Part shown: one piece after another, positions 51,031 to 64,000 of the stretch
Layout: the number at the start of each line of letters is the position of its first letter
How positions within the stretch are numbered: the first letter of the stretch is position 1
NCBI GenBank assembly: GCA_964188305.1
Contig: OZ076895.1
Source: Podarcis bocagei
Lineage: Eukaryota
DNA: 64,000 nucleotides
Reading direction: 5' to 3' (one strand)
Translations under genes and position numbers: made by a program
The notes under the pieces: model-generated
The model's database searches: none
What the model was told of the DNA's origin: nothing
Seen by the model: the letters and a program-made list of their open reading frames with translations, nothing else

Positions 51031-52789
51031 GTCCCACTGAAGTCAATGGGACCTACGCCTAAATAGACATGTATGAAATTGCTCTGAGATCTTTTATTCC
51101 TTTTAAAAATAATTACTTGGGCAACTGCATAGATACATTTCTCATTATTAAAACTGCAGATAGAATTAGCAAGCAAAATGTGTGAATGGCATTACGGTGT
51201 CAAAAGCTAGAAGTGGTGATTCCACTGAGAAAATGCTAATAATTTATCTTTTTCCTACTATTCATTCTTTTGTTTCTTTTCAGTAATTTTCCCCGGAACT
51301 GAATTATGATTGAGAATGGAAAATATGAAATATGCACTGTGTATGCTACAGAGATTGTTAATGACTCTCACAATTGCTTCATGCAAATTTACAAATCTAC
51401 AGTGTTTGGTTTCCTGATTTTTTTATTTCAGATTCTTTCACAGTAGTAATAACAAGACTTGATCACATTTTTTATGTTTATCAGAGTATTCTCAGTTACG
51501 GCTTCGGCTAAAAAAGTTGCTAACACTTTGAAAAGCACAAGACATGGCTACTCAGACTTGTTCACAAATTATATTCAAAGCTTATCTGGAAATTATCATG
51601 ATTAACTATATGATACATATGTGTTTGTGTCTGTGTGTATTCTGAGCAACCTTCATGGTTCACTGCAATGAATCATAAAACTTTGTGATTATGTGAAAAC
51701 TGACAGTACGTACCTGATGAATAGATTTTATATAGTTTTAGATGAGCCTGTAAAAATTGACAGCCCTAGGCAGTTGGTCTTACAGCATTTTCAGCAAGCA
51801 CCTGCCTATTAAACCAAGAGTGCCATCTTTATTAAACAAATTGCAGTTTTATGGAATTAGTAGAACTTATAGCTAAAGCTGAGAGCAAATCATTAGAACA
51901 GTTCTAACACACAGTGAAAAGTCAAGCCAAGGCAACAGTACCTCATAGAAAACAAAAGAAAATTCTGAAAATAGTGTAATGTACTTCCCAAATGACAAAT
52001 AAGCCTTGACTGAGTGTGTTCACATAGGCAATAAAGAGAAATAGTTAATGAAAAAGAGGTCTGAGGAAAGAGAGAGCAGGGCAGTCAGCTTCCATCAGCC
52101 TCATTCAACTTGTTTTCTACTAGATCCAATGTGAAGTATTATAATTTTAAAACAACTGTCCCTCAGTTCTTCCTTTTCACACCAATAAAAATGCTAAATT
52201 CAATCCTTTAATCTCTTCTGAGACTATGTCCCATTGGATTCAATGACATTTCTCCCAGGTAATTGGAAATACGGTTGCAGACAAATTGACTATTAATTAT
52301 CTAGATATTTTAGACCCAGGGCACTTCCATGTGACAGTTTATTGTGGCCGTATTTGTTGCCAGTTTACTGTAGCCCATGTATGCACGTTTTGAGAAGATA
52401 TTACACAATGCTGTCTTCAAAATGTTGTCCCACATTATTTCCCCATTTAATCAAGATTTACCCATTCTGCTGTTTTGTTTTGTTTTTGTGTTTATTGGAT
52501 TTTCCAAAGAAACAGTAAATCTGGATTTTGTTTTGGAAAGAATGTCTCCCCCTGTCTAGACTTATATCATATAGGATTTTTTTTCTGAATGGCACCTAGT
52601 GTGAATCTATTTCAACTTTTCTCAGTTTCACAATCTTAAGTTCATTTCTCCGTATTTCCATATCAGTTATTAATTTTTATTATTATTATTAAAGTCCTCA
52701 TGAAAATTCATCAGTATTTTACTGCAAATTTATATGCAGTTTCAGCTAATATAATGCATCTAAATTATTCAAATTACTAAATTATTTAC

Positions 52790-53390
52790 GATCGTTAAAA
52801 CAACAGGAGGTTGCGAAGAGCTCTCCAAACTGAGTGAATGGGCGGTAAAATGTCAAATGCAATTAAATGTAAACAAGCATAAAGTGATGGATATTGGGTC
52901 AAGAACTAATCAATTTCATTTATAAGAACTGATATTGACTGACCAGTAATGAGACCTGGGGTTGTAATAGATAGTTCGATGAATGTGTCGACCCAGTGTG
53001 TGCAGCTAATGTGAAAGGGGCAAAATTCATGTTAGGGTTCACTAGGAAAGGAACTGAAAACAAAACTGCCGGTATCATCATGCCATTATATAAATCTATG
53101 CTACAACTGCATTTGGAATATTGTGTGCCGTTCTGGTTGCCTCACCTCAAATAGGATACAGAGTTTTAAGAAAGGTTCAGAAAAAGGTTGCTGCATCTGG
53201 TACCTTTTAGTTCAGAGAAAAGGGAAGTTAAGAGGTCACATGACAGAAGTTTATAAACTTATGCAAGGCATTGAGAAAGTGGATATGGAAAAGTTTTTCT
53301 CAGTCTTTCAGAACTCTAGAATTTGTAGACATCCAATGAAGTTGGACATTGGAAGATCCAGAACAGATAGAAGAAAGCACATAGTTAAAC
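52790..53390 (+). mobile_element. CR1 LINE ORF2 C-terminal fragment, degenerate
   Basis: Frame-shifted remnants LSKLSEWAVKCQMQLNVNKHKVMDIG, gagacctggggtt (RDLGV), IMPLYKSMLQLHLEYCVPFW, LRGHMTEVYKLMQG. Confidence 0.85.
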
Positions 53391-54952
53391 TATTTCCAAC
53401 TGTGGATTACATTTCAGGTTATAACACAAGAACAGTATTTATTTGCCTTGCTTTGAAACTCAGTGGATCTAATATTAAAATCTGTTTTAACTTTCCTTTA
53501 CTGCCTCTTGAAGTCACTAGCTCTTGTCTCTAGAAGTCCTGACTGTTTTGGCCTGAGCCATTGTTTTGCTTCTTCAACAGAGAGAAAGCTAAAGATACAG
53601 GTGGGCACTTCTAATCTTCTTCGCTATTGACTTCAAAACATTAAATCAAAACATAAGGACAAAGCGCAGAATACAGGGATGAAAAAGTCAGCAGGTTTCT
53701 AGGTGAAAAGTTACAGCATGAGTTAGAGTGAACGTATTTACTAGAATCAAAATTATGTCAGCTCATATTTTCATTTCCCTCTCTTTTAATATTCACAGCG
53801 GGGGAGGGGGGAATGCCTCTGAGGGTAAGGTCAAATCTAACACTTCTACACACCAAAACGGGGATGCAAACACACTGTTCATCAGGGAGCTAAGAATGAC
53901 AAATTCTGCTTGTCTGAAGCAGCTTTCACAAGTACAGATTAAAAAAAAAATGTTGTAAAATATTAATTTGCCATCTGTCATGTGGACTTGGCAGCATGTT
54001 CATGCCACCGATACCTTCTCTCTTGAAAAAGGTAGTCTATGCCTTGCCAACCTTTTCAGAGCAGGACCCATATTTCATCAGAAACTGCATCACAGATCCA
54101 CTTCTGATGTTCTTTTTACCATTTATGCCCTTTTTTTCACCTTTTCTGCTTAGGGTAGTCATATTCAAAGGACAGGAAGACCCCTGCAAAGAGTTGCATA
54201 CAGGATGCACCTTGGGCAGATACAGCTTGTCAATCAAGTATGGGGGGGGGACACCTAAGAAAATAACTTTTGCACAACTATTAAAGATAAAGAAACTCTT
54301 CCTCCTTTTCCTCTCCCCACTCTGTTTCTTTAGTTCTTGGTCTGTCTCTTTCTCTCTAAAAATAAACTCAGTCAGTTAAGAGAAAATGCCGATGCAGTTC
54401 TACTTATGTCAGAATACAACCCTAAACTCATTAGTTGGACTAATGACCTGGGCAGATAGAGGAACACCTAAGCTCAATTAACTGTGCCTAATTCTGCTTT
54501 GGATTGGCATGTCAGAAAGAAATAGAATAGAATCAGTCCAGGCATATAGAAGCAACATCTCTGAAAAGCATTATTCTAAGAGCATATCACAGAGGGTATA
54601 TCAAAAGACCTACTTAGAAAAAAGAGACATTGCTAACCAATACAGTATTGCTATGAGTTCATGGGTGCTAGACCTCTATAAATTCATGAATCTAGTAAGC
54701 GTTAGAATTTAATCAAGGCTTGGGGTGTTAGACACTTCTAATTCCCGGATCCAGCAATTCTTAAAAGCTAATTAAGCCAGGCTAGTTTCTTGAGTTGAGG
54801 TGAGCACTGGATAATGGGTCATTAAGAGAATGAAGGATCAAGGGGGCTTTGTGCAAGACCTCAAATGGACACCCCACCCCCCAAAATAATAAATCAAAGT
54901 TTAGATTAGTTATGTGAGTTAGAAGCTGCATGCAAAAGCAGCAGGCAGGAAA

Positions 54953-54954
<2 letters not shown>

Positions 54955-55004
<50 letters not shown>
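54955..55004. repeat. (GA)25 microsatellite
   Basis: Direct reading. Confidence 0.95.
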
Positions 55005-55008
<4 letters not shown>

Positions 55009-55876
55009 TCACCATGCTGGGTCTTTTCTTGAATCCAAGGCTGTGGCTATGGAAAAACAAGACCCTTTTGGCGTGTTGATGCTATGAACCCCTCCACTGT
55101 AGGCTCAGGTTGTATATATGTGTAAATAAGCCATATATCATGAAGACACCACAATCTCCACTCACAAAAGTACAACCACTGGGTAAATGCCTTGAACCCC
55201 TCACAGAACTCAGTGACTGGGGTGGCGGGCAGCAACATCTTCAAAACCTCTAGGTTTTTATTTCTCACAGTATTAATCCAACCTGACTTTGCAGATCATT
55301 ACCAATTCTTTCTGGGCTTTGCATATATTTCAGATACATGATGTTAATTCCTCTAATCTTATTAAGGAGAACAGCATAGAATATAAAACAAACACATTGC
55401 TTTCTCTAATAATCTGTATTATTAAAAGGAAAATAACCATACATGTCATTAAAACCCATTTCCCTCTCTGTAGTTCTATTCTATTTTTGCAAAATGCTTG
55501 TAAAGCAAAGGCTAAACAAGGCCAGACAAAAATTGTCATTGCAAAATCTAAAATTAGGGATTAATCTGGAAAGCGCATTAGATAATCTAATTTAGTGGAA
55601 TCATGTAGATGTCAGAAAGCACCAAGCCCTTTCAGAAGCAAGACCCATTTCTCACTCTTGTTAAGGCATCAGACTACGCTGCCATTTATTACAAACACAG
55701 CAAGTGTAGCCAGCCCAGCCTCTGTGAGGAAGAAAATTTGCATAGCTTTCCTGGCTGGGTGGTGGGTAGTTGTTTCCTGCAAAGAGACACCACCCTCGTC
55801 CTTTTCAGTGTCAGCAACAGCCCATCCACCCTTTGGACAGTACAGGATTAGCCAATCACTATATGAGGCTGACTTA

Positions 55877-56182
55877 GGGATGCGGGTGGCGCTGTGGGTT
55901 AAACCACAGAACCTAGGACTTGCCGATCAGAAGGTCGGTGGTTCGAATTCCTGCGACAGGGTGAGCTCCCTTTGCTCAGTCCCTGCTCCTGCCAACCTAG
56001 CAGTTCGAAAGCACGTCCAAGTGCAAGTAGATAAATAGGTACCGCTCCGGTGGGAAGGTAAACGGCGTTTCCGTGCGCTGCTCTGGTTCGCCAGAAGCGG
56101 CTTAGTCATGCTGGCCACATGACCCGGAAGCTGTACACCGGCTCCCTCGGCTAATAAAGCGAGATGAGCGCCACAACCCCAG
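55877..56182 (+). mobile_element. Sauria SINE, 3'-truncated
   Basis: gggatgcgggtggcgctgtggg head with A and B boxes. Body homologous to the 3695 and 33241 copies. Tail missing. Confidence 0.92.
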
Positions 56183-56503
56183 GGCAGGAAGGCTTTTCCC
56201 CTTACTTTCCCACTGCAGTTGGATCAGAAATTTCCCCCACCTGTGCAGCTAGGAACCAATGAGAACTTTTGAAGAGATAAGGCATTCTTCCCTGCACACT
56301 GCCTTTCAAGTAAGAATGGCTAGGGCGGGGGGGATATGATACAGAACAGCACACTACATACTAAGCGGACATCTAGTTTGCCTTAAAACGTGACCTTCAC
56401 TACAATTATGGTTCTTCCCACCACATCATAACGAGGCAACAAAACACTAGCTCAGCATTTTACGAACCATTTTATTTTCTAGCCGACTGACAACTCTTGA
56501 AAA

Positions 56504-56522
56504 TCACCAGTAGATGGCATGT
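56504..56522 (+). promoter_or_regulatory. Candidate CTCF site
   Basis: CCAGTAGATGGCA (56507-56519) matches 13 positions of the CCASYAGRKGGCRS core. Motif match only. Confidence 0.35.
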
Positions 56523-57527
56523 GCTCCATTTGAGACAAGTCAAAATCATGCACAAGTTGCTATGGAAATGCCTCTTGGGAGGGGGAGATGTGTGCATGAG
56601 AGAGTGTGAGCACACAGACACATACTTCATAGATCTCAAGACAATGATCTGCTATCAGAATAGAAGTATCTCTCTTCAGTATATAAAATCTGCCACCCAT
56701 GAAAAGAATTCCAACCATTCTGCCAGGAAAATATTTCAGAAGGAGAAATCAAAACCCTGATTGAAAGGGTTTTTCAAAATATTTCTTGATCTTTATAAAA
56801 CAAATTAATTAATGGAATATTAGATCCATATGCTTGGTAAAAGTGTAACACAAAAGACACACACCCTGCCCTGCCAATCGCTGTCCCCTTGCAGTAGCTA
56901 TTACTTATAGCTCATCTGTCAATTATGAAAGACATCAACTATTGGCTCAGTAGCAAAGAAATCTCTGAAATGCAGCTGAAGGTTAACACTGCAAATATAA
57001 TTATTTGTTTAATGCTGTGCTGAAAGTTCCAATTGAATGTTTTAATACATTTGTAAGGGGAGAGGGGATGAAAAAGGAGGGTACCTACACTATTTGCTTG
57101 TCTGGCAAAACAGGGGCAGTGGGCTTCCATATAGAATATTAGCAGGCACTTCTCTAGTGTTGTCTGGGGCCATTTTGCCCCACAGTGCCTCTGCAGAAAG
57201 ATACTATGGCTGCCACCACTGTCCTTCTGGATGCAGCCATATCCACCCCCGTCCCCACCTACGATGCATCTGGAAGCCCCAGACATCACAGCATAGTGTC
57301 CTTCTGTGGGGTGAAGTGGTCCTAAACATTGCTATGAGTGCTGTCTCCACTGTGGCAAAAGCAGTATTTTAAAAGTAAACATTTCAAACATTACATCCCC
57401 TTTCTCCTGCAAGAATTTAGTCATCCTACTCCTAAAAAGTATAGAAAATGTTGCCCACCACCCTTGTAGCGATAAAATAGCACCATTACAGTTGGGAATC
57501 ACTTATAGCCCATGATTAACCTGAATA

Positions 57528-57742
57528 CAGTGGCACCTTGGTTTGCAACCGTTTTGGATTACAACCACGTCAAACCTGGAAGTACGTGACCCTTTTTTTG
57601 GGGGGGGGGGATTGCAACCAATTTTTTAATTATTATTTTTTGGGGAGACCCCATTGGCGAAAGTGTGCTTTGGGTTACAACCTGTTTTGGTTTACAACTG
57701 GACCTCCAGAACGGATTATAGTTTTAAACCAAGGTATCACTC
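57528..57742. mobile_element. Tc1/mariner-type MITE, degraded
   Basis: TA|CAGTGGCACCTTGG ... CCAAGGTATCACT ends. Internal ccccattggcgaaagtg and ggacctccagaacgg motifs are shared with the 20025 family. Confidence 0.7.
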
Positions 57743-59528
57743 AAAGGCATTTCAAAATAAGCTCCTGCTGTGTACAATAGTTCACAAACGTATGGTCTAT
57801 TTGGATTATTGAAGGCCATGCGCACTATGCATAAGCAACTATATCAGCATTCTGAGACAGGAAAGTTTCTTCAATCTAATAGCATTAGGCAAAAATAATA
57901 AATTACAGCTTTATGACACAAAGTGTCACACACTTTAAGACACTGAAGTATCAATTCACTGAAAACTCAAAAGGCTTCTGTCAAAATGTTTAACGAAAGC
58001 CTGACAGTTGCTTAAGAACTACATTCAAGACTGGAAATGGAACTACAACCTAAGTACCCGCTAATTATAGATGGGAAACACCTAGTACACGACACTACAG
58101 AGTGCATGAGTTTTTTTATGTATTGGAAAGTCAGGAAAGGATAATAACCTATTTAAAGGTTTTCTGATCAGTTAGTTATACAGTATATGCAATAGAAGTC
58201 TATAAGGTATCAGGAAGGGAGAAGGTTTCAATGTACAGTACAGAAGTCTTAATCTCTGGGCTGCACCTTTAATTAAGCAAGCAGATGTCTGCAAGAAAGA
58301 TATCTTGCCTCCTGCTTACTGCAGTTTCTTGTGCTCCATCCAAATTTCTTTCCTGAAGGTCAGGGAACTCCCAGAAAAGGTCACTGATGTGATGTGGGGA
58401 TTGCAGTCAGAGGGGGGTAGTTGAAAGCATATTTTCAGCAATTATCCTGTCTCCTTAAGCAGTACATCCTCCTGTGCTACAGTCTAAGACTTTCCTGAGG
58501 GTCCTCCCTTGGAAACAGAAAAGATATTTTCTTACAGAAAACAATTTTAGATTTAGTAATTGAATTCAAAATTCCTACCTATATTGGCAGTTATCAGCAT
58601 CTGCGTGGGCTGAGTACAATAGCACAGAGTCTCATAGAGGACATTCTTTTGGAAGTATGTGAGTGTATGATCTATGGCCAACCAAACCTTACTTTGGGGT
58701 GGACACTCAGAATTCATTATTTGTGTATAATGTACATTGGGTGTTGCTAGGGTGGAGCAATGCACTTAAGAACTACTTATGCCATAACATAACATTGGGC
58801 CAGATGCATTGCTAGGGTGTTTTAGCAACTCTCCTGGAGATATATGAGTCAGGGTTGAGGGTTAAAAAAAAAAATCAGTGTCAAAGTCATTGCCATAGCA
58901 TAGACTAATATGAAAAGATAAAATCCAAAAATAGATTTCTCAAACAGTTTCTATGTACTCTAATCCAATTATGCACTTTTATGTGTTTTATGAAGTTTGT
59001 TGTTCCATTAACATAGTAAGTTGTATTTCAAAACTAAATACATAATCAGATTACAAATTAAAAATCAATATTTTTCCATCAAGACTGTTCTATTATTATT
59101 ATTATTATTATTATTAAAATTACAACCCAACTAGAATACTAATTTTCATTATTATGTTCTCTTTCAAACTAAGGTACACTTGCTTGGTAGTTAAGTTCCA
59201 GTGAATTCCCCGAGACTTACCACTTAGTAAAGAAGCATAGGTGCAGATAGTAGAATGAGCACCACTTTTTTACATTCATGCACAAACCCAAACACAAATA
59301 CACCAATGCACATGCAATTTCCAACTATTTTCTGCTTCCTGTAGTGTCAACTGACCTCAAAAGCCTTCCATATTAGACAAAAAGCCAAAGAAAACAAAGA
59401 ATGTGTGAACCAAAATAGTATTTGATAAAAAATTGTAAACAGGAAGGAACAATAAGCTTTATGTTTCCATATTGTTGTAAACTGCTGTGATATATATTTT
59501 ATGGTACAGTGGTATATAAACATTTTTA

Positions 59529-59585
59529 TGAATGAATGGATGGATGAATGAATGAATGAATGAATGAATGAATGAATGAATGAAT
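59529..59585. repeat. (GAAT)n microsatellite
   Basis: Direct reading. Confidence 0.9.
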
Positions 59586-59769
59586 ATAACTCAGGGCAGT
59601 GAGAAAAACTATGGCTATGGAGTGAATATCATAGCTAAGAGAGACTGAGCTAGGGTTCAACCAGTTCTAGTCCAATATTAGGGCAAATCTGATCAGAAAA
59701 AGAAACATGGCTCCATTTCCCTGACCAATTCATAATGAAAGAAGGATGGTATCAAAGAGCAAGCTGGTA

Positions 59770-60322
59770 GTAAATCACAGTGTTCAAAGTTGGAGCAAAA
59801 ACACGATATTCACAGGCTTGGTTGAGTGTCAGGCCTAATGAGCACAGCAGCTCTCATCCCTAGAAAGTCTTATCCCATAATTCAGTTGGCAAGACTGAAA
59901 GTCCCCACCTCCCCACAGCTGTCCCCTCCGCTCCAGGGCTTTTCCCAAGCAATCGGAGACTGAGCCTGTGTGATGCCTTTTGCTGCTCCACCTGTTTCAG
60001 ACCACTTCTAGTTCTGGTAAAGAGGGCAGAGGGGAGCTTGTCACAGCAGGAAGGGAAGACATCCATGACTTTTCACCAGCCAGAGTAATCTCTGCCTGGC
60101 CTCCCTCTTCCCACTCGCCAGCTTCACCTTCTACCTCTGATTCTGGATTTTTCTCTGCCACAGCCTCTCCCAGCTCACTAAGCCCTGTCACCTCTTCAGC
60201 TTCTGACACCTTGTCTTCCCAGTCTTCTCCTTCATCATTGTCCCACCACCACTTCTCCTTCCCTTGATGGTTCCCCAGCTGGTTCCTCCCACCATTTCTC
60301 TACGTCCAACCATTCCATGACA
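59770..60322 (-). mobile_element. LTR-like interspersed repeat
   Basis: Minus strand starts TGTCATGGAATGG and is strongly purine-rich, with a sharp compositional boundary at 60322. The other end is uncertain and no TSD was found. Confidence 0.5.
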
Positions 60323-60789
60323 GATCACATTGAATCACATTCCCAAGTATGCTTACAAAGAGTATTTGTTTGTTACATTTATACTCCAACCTTCCATAAA
60401 AATATACCCAAGATGTCTAACCATATAGTTCAATATATAATAGCAATATCTCAATAAATATGACAGTGAAACCACACTGAAATAAGCTAGGAACAGATTT
60501 TTTTAAAAAAATACAGCTAGTTGGAAACCTAAGTAATGTAAAAACAGAGATTAAAACACAGAGGTACAGAGAAAAACAAATCAATACCAATAAACAGGTT
60601 TTTGCCTGGTGGCTGAAGGTTATGATCAAGGCACTGAAAATGAGCCTCTTGCAGTAAGGAAAACATCTAGAAATCTGGTTTGAATGAAATAATAAAAATG
60701 TAAAAAAGAAAATAAGCTAAAAGCCAAAAAAATATAAATAAAGGATAAAATTCAGCAGAATTAAAATTTCATCTAAAAAGCTCATTAGG

Positions 60790-60995
60790 GGAGATATTTG
60801 CTTGGCAACAAAGGAACAGACAAGTAGGCAGCAGGTGAACCGCCCCTGAGAAGGTCCTCTCACTGCTTCTTTCCCACCTCACATTAGATAGGAGATATTT
60901 GCTTGGCAACAAAGGGACAGACAAGTAGGCAGCAGGTGAACCGCCCTTGAGAAGGTCCTCTCACTGCTTCTTTCCCACCTCACATTAGATAGGAG
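60790..60995. repeat. 101-bp tandem duplication (2 copies, 2 substitutions)
   Basis: 60790-60890 versus 60891-60991, with GGAG at all three boundaries. Confidence 0.95.
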
Positions 60996-62710
60996 GTGTA
61001 CTTGCAGAAAGCTGTTGTTCCATGATACTCTGCTTGAAATGTGGATAGGCAGGCCTCAAGTTGCTATACTTTCTCTTCCCACAAGGAACCTGCTTGCAAT
61101 TGCTGCAGGTGTAGTTTTGCACATTCTCAGGTAGAAGACAAACATGGCTGAGGTGTTGCAGGTTACTGCAACAGCTCCCTCAACTTCTGTGTCTCTGTCC
61201 TATGTACACCATGGGACAGCACTCCAGGCCTCCCCCTCAAACTCCCCCTAAACACATTCACAAACACCCAAGATTACAAGTTCTGGTCATGAGCTGCCAG
61301 AAGCTATAATAAACTGAATGATCAAAACACTCCAACCCTGTTAGCAATCTAGCAGCCACTGTAACAATGAAGATTATTGAAGGGAGCATACATGAGCTGC
61401 AAAGCAATTTCAAGGGCAGCAACCTTATTTAGCACAGCACTCTATTCAACATTTGAACCACATACCTATCAATACTTCAGTTTATTGGCCCACATCCCAT
61501 CCATTACTATGGCCAAACATTGATTTAGCACCTCAGCTGCAGCTGCACTACCTGAATTTGATAAAAAGGGGAACTTAAGCAACCTTCATGAGTGCATTGC
61601 ATTAAGGTGAATTTTGCACAAAATGTGGCTGCAGGACACATCCCTGGTCCTGCCTTAAGGTCACGTGATGCTACTGGCACTCACAAGGTGTGAGTGTGTA
61701 GAAGAGAAAGGCTATACATGAATTCTTAACCCATTCTTAATGCTGTGGGCACACACAAATAGTCTCTGTAGGATTCCCCTTTCAGACACATTAGGAGTAG
61801 GGCAAGTGATGTCATCCTTTCCCACGGCCCTGTTGCACATTTTACTTTCCTTCATGTGATACACACATGGAAGGAGCAAAAGAATTGGGTGTCAACCTCT
61901 AATGGATAACACAACATCCCAAACATTTATTGTGTCTGTCTGTGATCCCTGTACCAAGTACCCAAAATACCTTCCTTCTTGCCAACCCTACAATTGGCCT
62001 CTAAACCACAGACAAAGGGCAGTATACACTCTCCAGCTGGATCAGCAACAGTCATGAAGATGCTGACAGTTTTCCCAGCCTTCCCTTCCTCTTCTCTCAG
62101 ATAATTACTCAGTTAATGCAAAATGACACACTTGAGTACTGCAAACTTTAAATTCAAACTTATAAATCCAGAGCATCTGTCTGTGTAAGGTATGGTATGT
62201 AAAGTGCAAATATGGAGTACTGAAATACACAATGTCTGGCTCACTCTCAACTAAAGAGAAAACTCCAATACATACCACACCTAGTTAATTTCTATGAAAA
62301 AGGGAAAATATGCTAAAACGTATTCCTAAGTACAAACAAAATGTGAAATAGTACTTTGAACATACCTTCAAAAAGAAGGAGAATATACCCATAGGAAAGG
62401 ACTAATTTACCTGTAAACCTGTCATCTGTGAAAATGGCTTTTCCAGTAGTAAAAGAAAAACAGATATTGAAAGGATTTTGTGTTGAAATAGTAGCAACGT
62501 TCCTCAAAGTCCCCCTTTGTATTTCCATCTCTTTTATGCCAATTCCAAATAGCAATACCCAGCTCCAAACTAAAGGATTACATTTCTGATTAGATATGTA
62601 CATAGTAATCAAACCTACTGCATATATGCATAAATAATTATCATTTGTGTGTTGTTAAAATTAGCACTGCTTGCTTTTTATATCACATAAGTATGCTGAA
62701 TAAATCTGAC

Positions 62711-62852
62711 CAGGGCTTTTTTCCCCCAGCCAGAACTCACCAGAACTCAGTTCCAGCAGCACCTCTTAGGTGGGCACCACTACCATTCTAAGAGAATGAG
62801 GGAGGTGTTCATGGTGAGTTCCAGCACCTCTTTTTTTAGTAAAACAGCACTG
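62711..62852. mobile_element. hAT-type MITE
   Basis: CAGGGCT...AGCACTG ends and 8-bp TSD AATCTGAC / GATCTGAC. Confidence 0.78.
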
Positions 62853-63019
62853 GATCTGACCCTACAATAGAAACCTCAAGCAAGTGCTTGACCTGAAGCA
62901 AAAGGCACACCAAGGGTCATATGGGCTACAAGAATCAGAGCCCCACAACACAGTTGCAAAGAGCAGATTTAACAATCCAGTAAATGGTAGGAAACATAAA
63001 TAAATAATATTTATCATTA

Positions 63020-63261
63020 CAGTGGAACCTTGGTTCCCAAACTTTATCCATTCTGGGAGTCTGTTTGACTCCCGAAACCATTAAAAAACCAAGGCGTGGC
63101 TTCCAATTGGCTGTAGGAGCTTCCTGCACTCAAGCGGAAGCCGCATAGAACGTTCGGCTTCCAAAAAACGTTCAAAAACTGGAACACTTACCTCCAGGTT
63201 TTCAGCGTTCAGGAGCCAAAACGTATGAGTACCAAGGTGTTTGAGAACCAAGGTACGATTG
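63020..63261. mobile_element. Tc1/mariner (Tigger/pogo-like) MITE
   Basis: TA|CAGTGGAACCTTGG ... CCAAGGTACGATTG ends. Inverted relative of 14291-14673. Confidence 0.78.
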
Positions 63262-64000
63262 TGCCATTATAAAGGCAAAATGCTAGGACACCTTAGAAAG
63301 TACTGGCTCACTCAAGCAGGCATTTCTGTAGCTGCCTACTTCAGATAACAGAAGTATATTAATGACATCATGTTGCAAAGAGCTGCATGTCAGAACTGGC
63401 TTTATGCTGTGGCTAAACTGATAAGACATTTATTCAAATCTCAGATAAGCCATAAACTCACTGGATGGGCAGGCCTCTGTGTGAACATATCTGAAAACAG
63501 ATGTAGAGCATAATTTTCCCACGGTGGGTCCATGAGGCCAGTGCTGAAGTCTGAAATACAAAAGGCAGAACCTATCCTTCTGCTAATCAGGGAAGCACAG
63601 AAGGCCCAGCTTCTAGTATTTACATCAGGCTTGCCCAGTCTAGAAGTGCCATACCACCTGCCAAGTGAAAGAGATAATGTTGCCCACCTTTATTCCTTTC
63701 TGTGTCAGGGGAGGCTTCTCTTATGGGCAAAATAAGGCATATGCCTGCCAAGATACTGGATACCCCAAACCTACAAAGGCACAGTTCAAATCTTTCTCCT
63801 GTCTATACATTTTCAGTGACTGAAAGGTTTCTGTCAATCTGTCTCCAGGGAAAGGAAACAGTTTTTAAAAACCACCACCACCAAGCAACTATCTCATTAG
63901 GGGGAGGGAGGGAGAGAGGTTAAGATCCTTTGGCCCTGTTGCTTTCTCTCTCAGAAGCCAGGCCTCAAGGCACAAAATACTGTATATGCTGGTGGTAGGG

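Noticed and set aside
61203-61224. RE1/REST-like CACCATGGGACAGCAC
   Set aside because: The left half-site TCAGCACC is poorly matched and the spacing is non-canonical.

Overview
Vertebrate nuclear DNA, almost certainly from a lacertid-type lizard (Sauria SINEs, squamate MITE, L2, CR1 and Penelope-like repeats). The window contains one recognisable protein-coding segment: the 243-nt first coding exon of NAV3 (neuron navigator 3) on the minus strand at 21069-21311 (MPVLGVASKLRQPP...KETEDSK, donor AAG|GTTAGT). Positions 1-21068 are NAV3 intron 1; I did not see exon 2 (IYTDWANHYL...). Positions above about 21312 are the 5' UTR, promoter and upstream region. The rest is AT-rich non-coding sequence with transposon remnants, microsatellites and a 129-N gap. 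Apart from LINE remnants and one overlapping uORF, the other ORFs in the track look spurious. I found no evidence of a new multi-gene system. The best leads are small RNA-level features: a Penelope-derived palindrome with a minimal hammerhead ribozyme core (about 38.8 kb), an unassigned pre-miRNA-like hairpin (about 45.5 kb), a second isolated hairpin (about 37.5 kb), and a uORF/overlapping-ORF cluster upstream of the NAV3 start codon. Gene and repeat-family names come from memory of the families, not from a database search.
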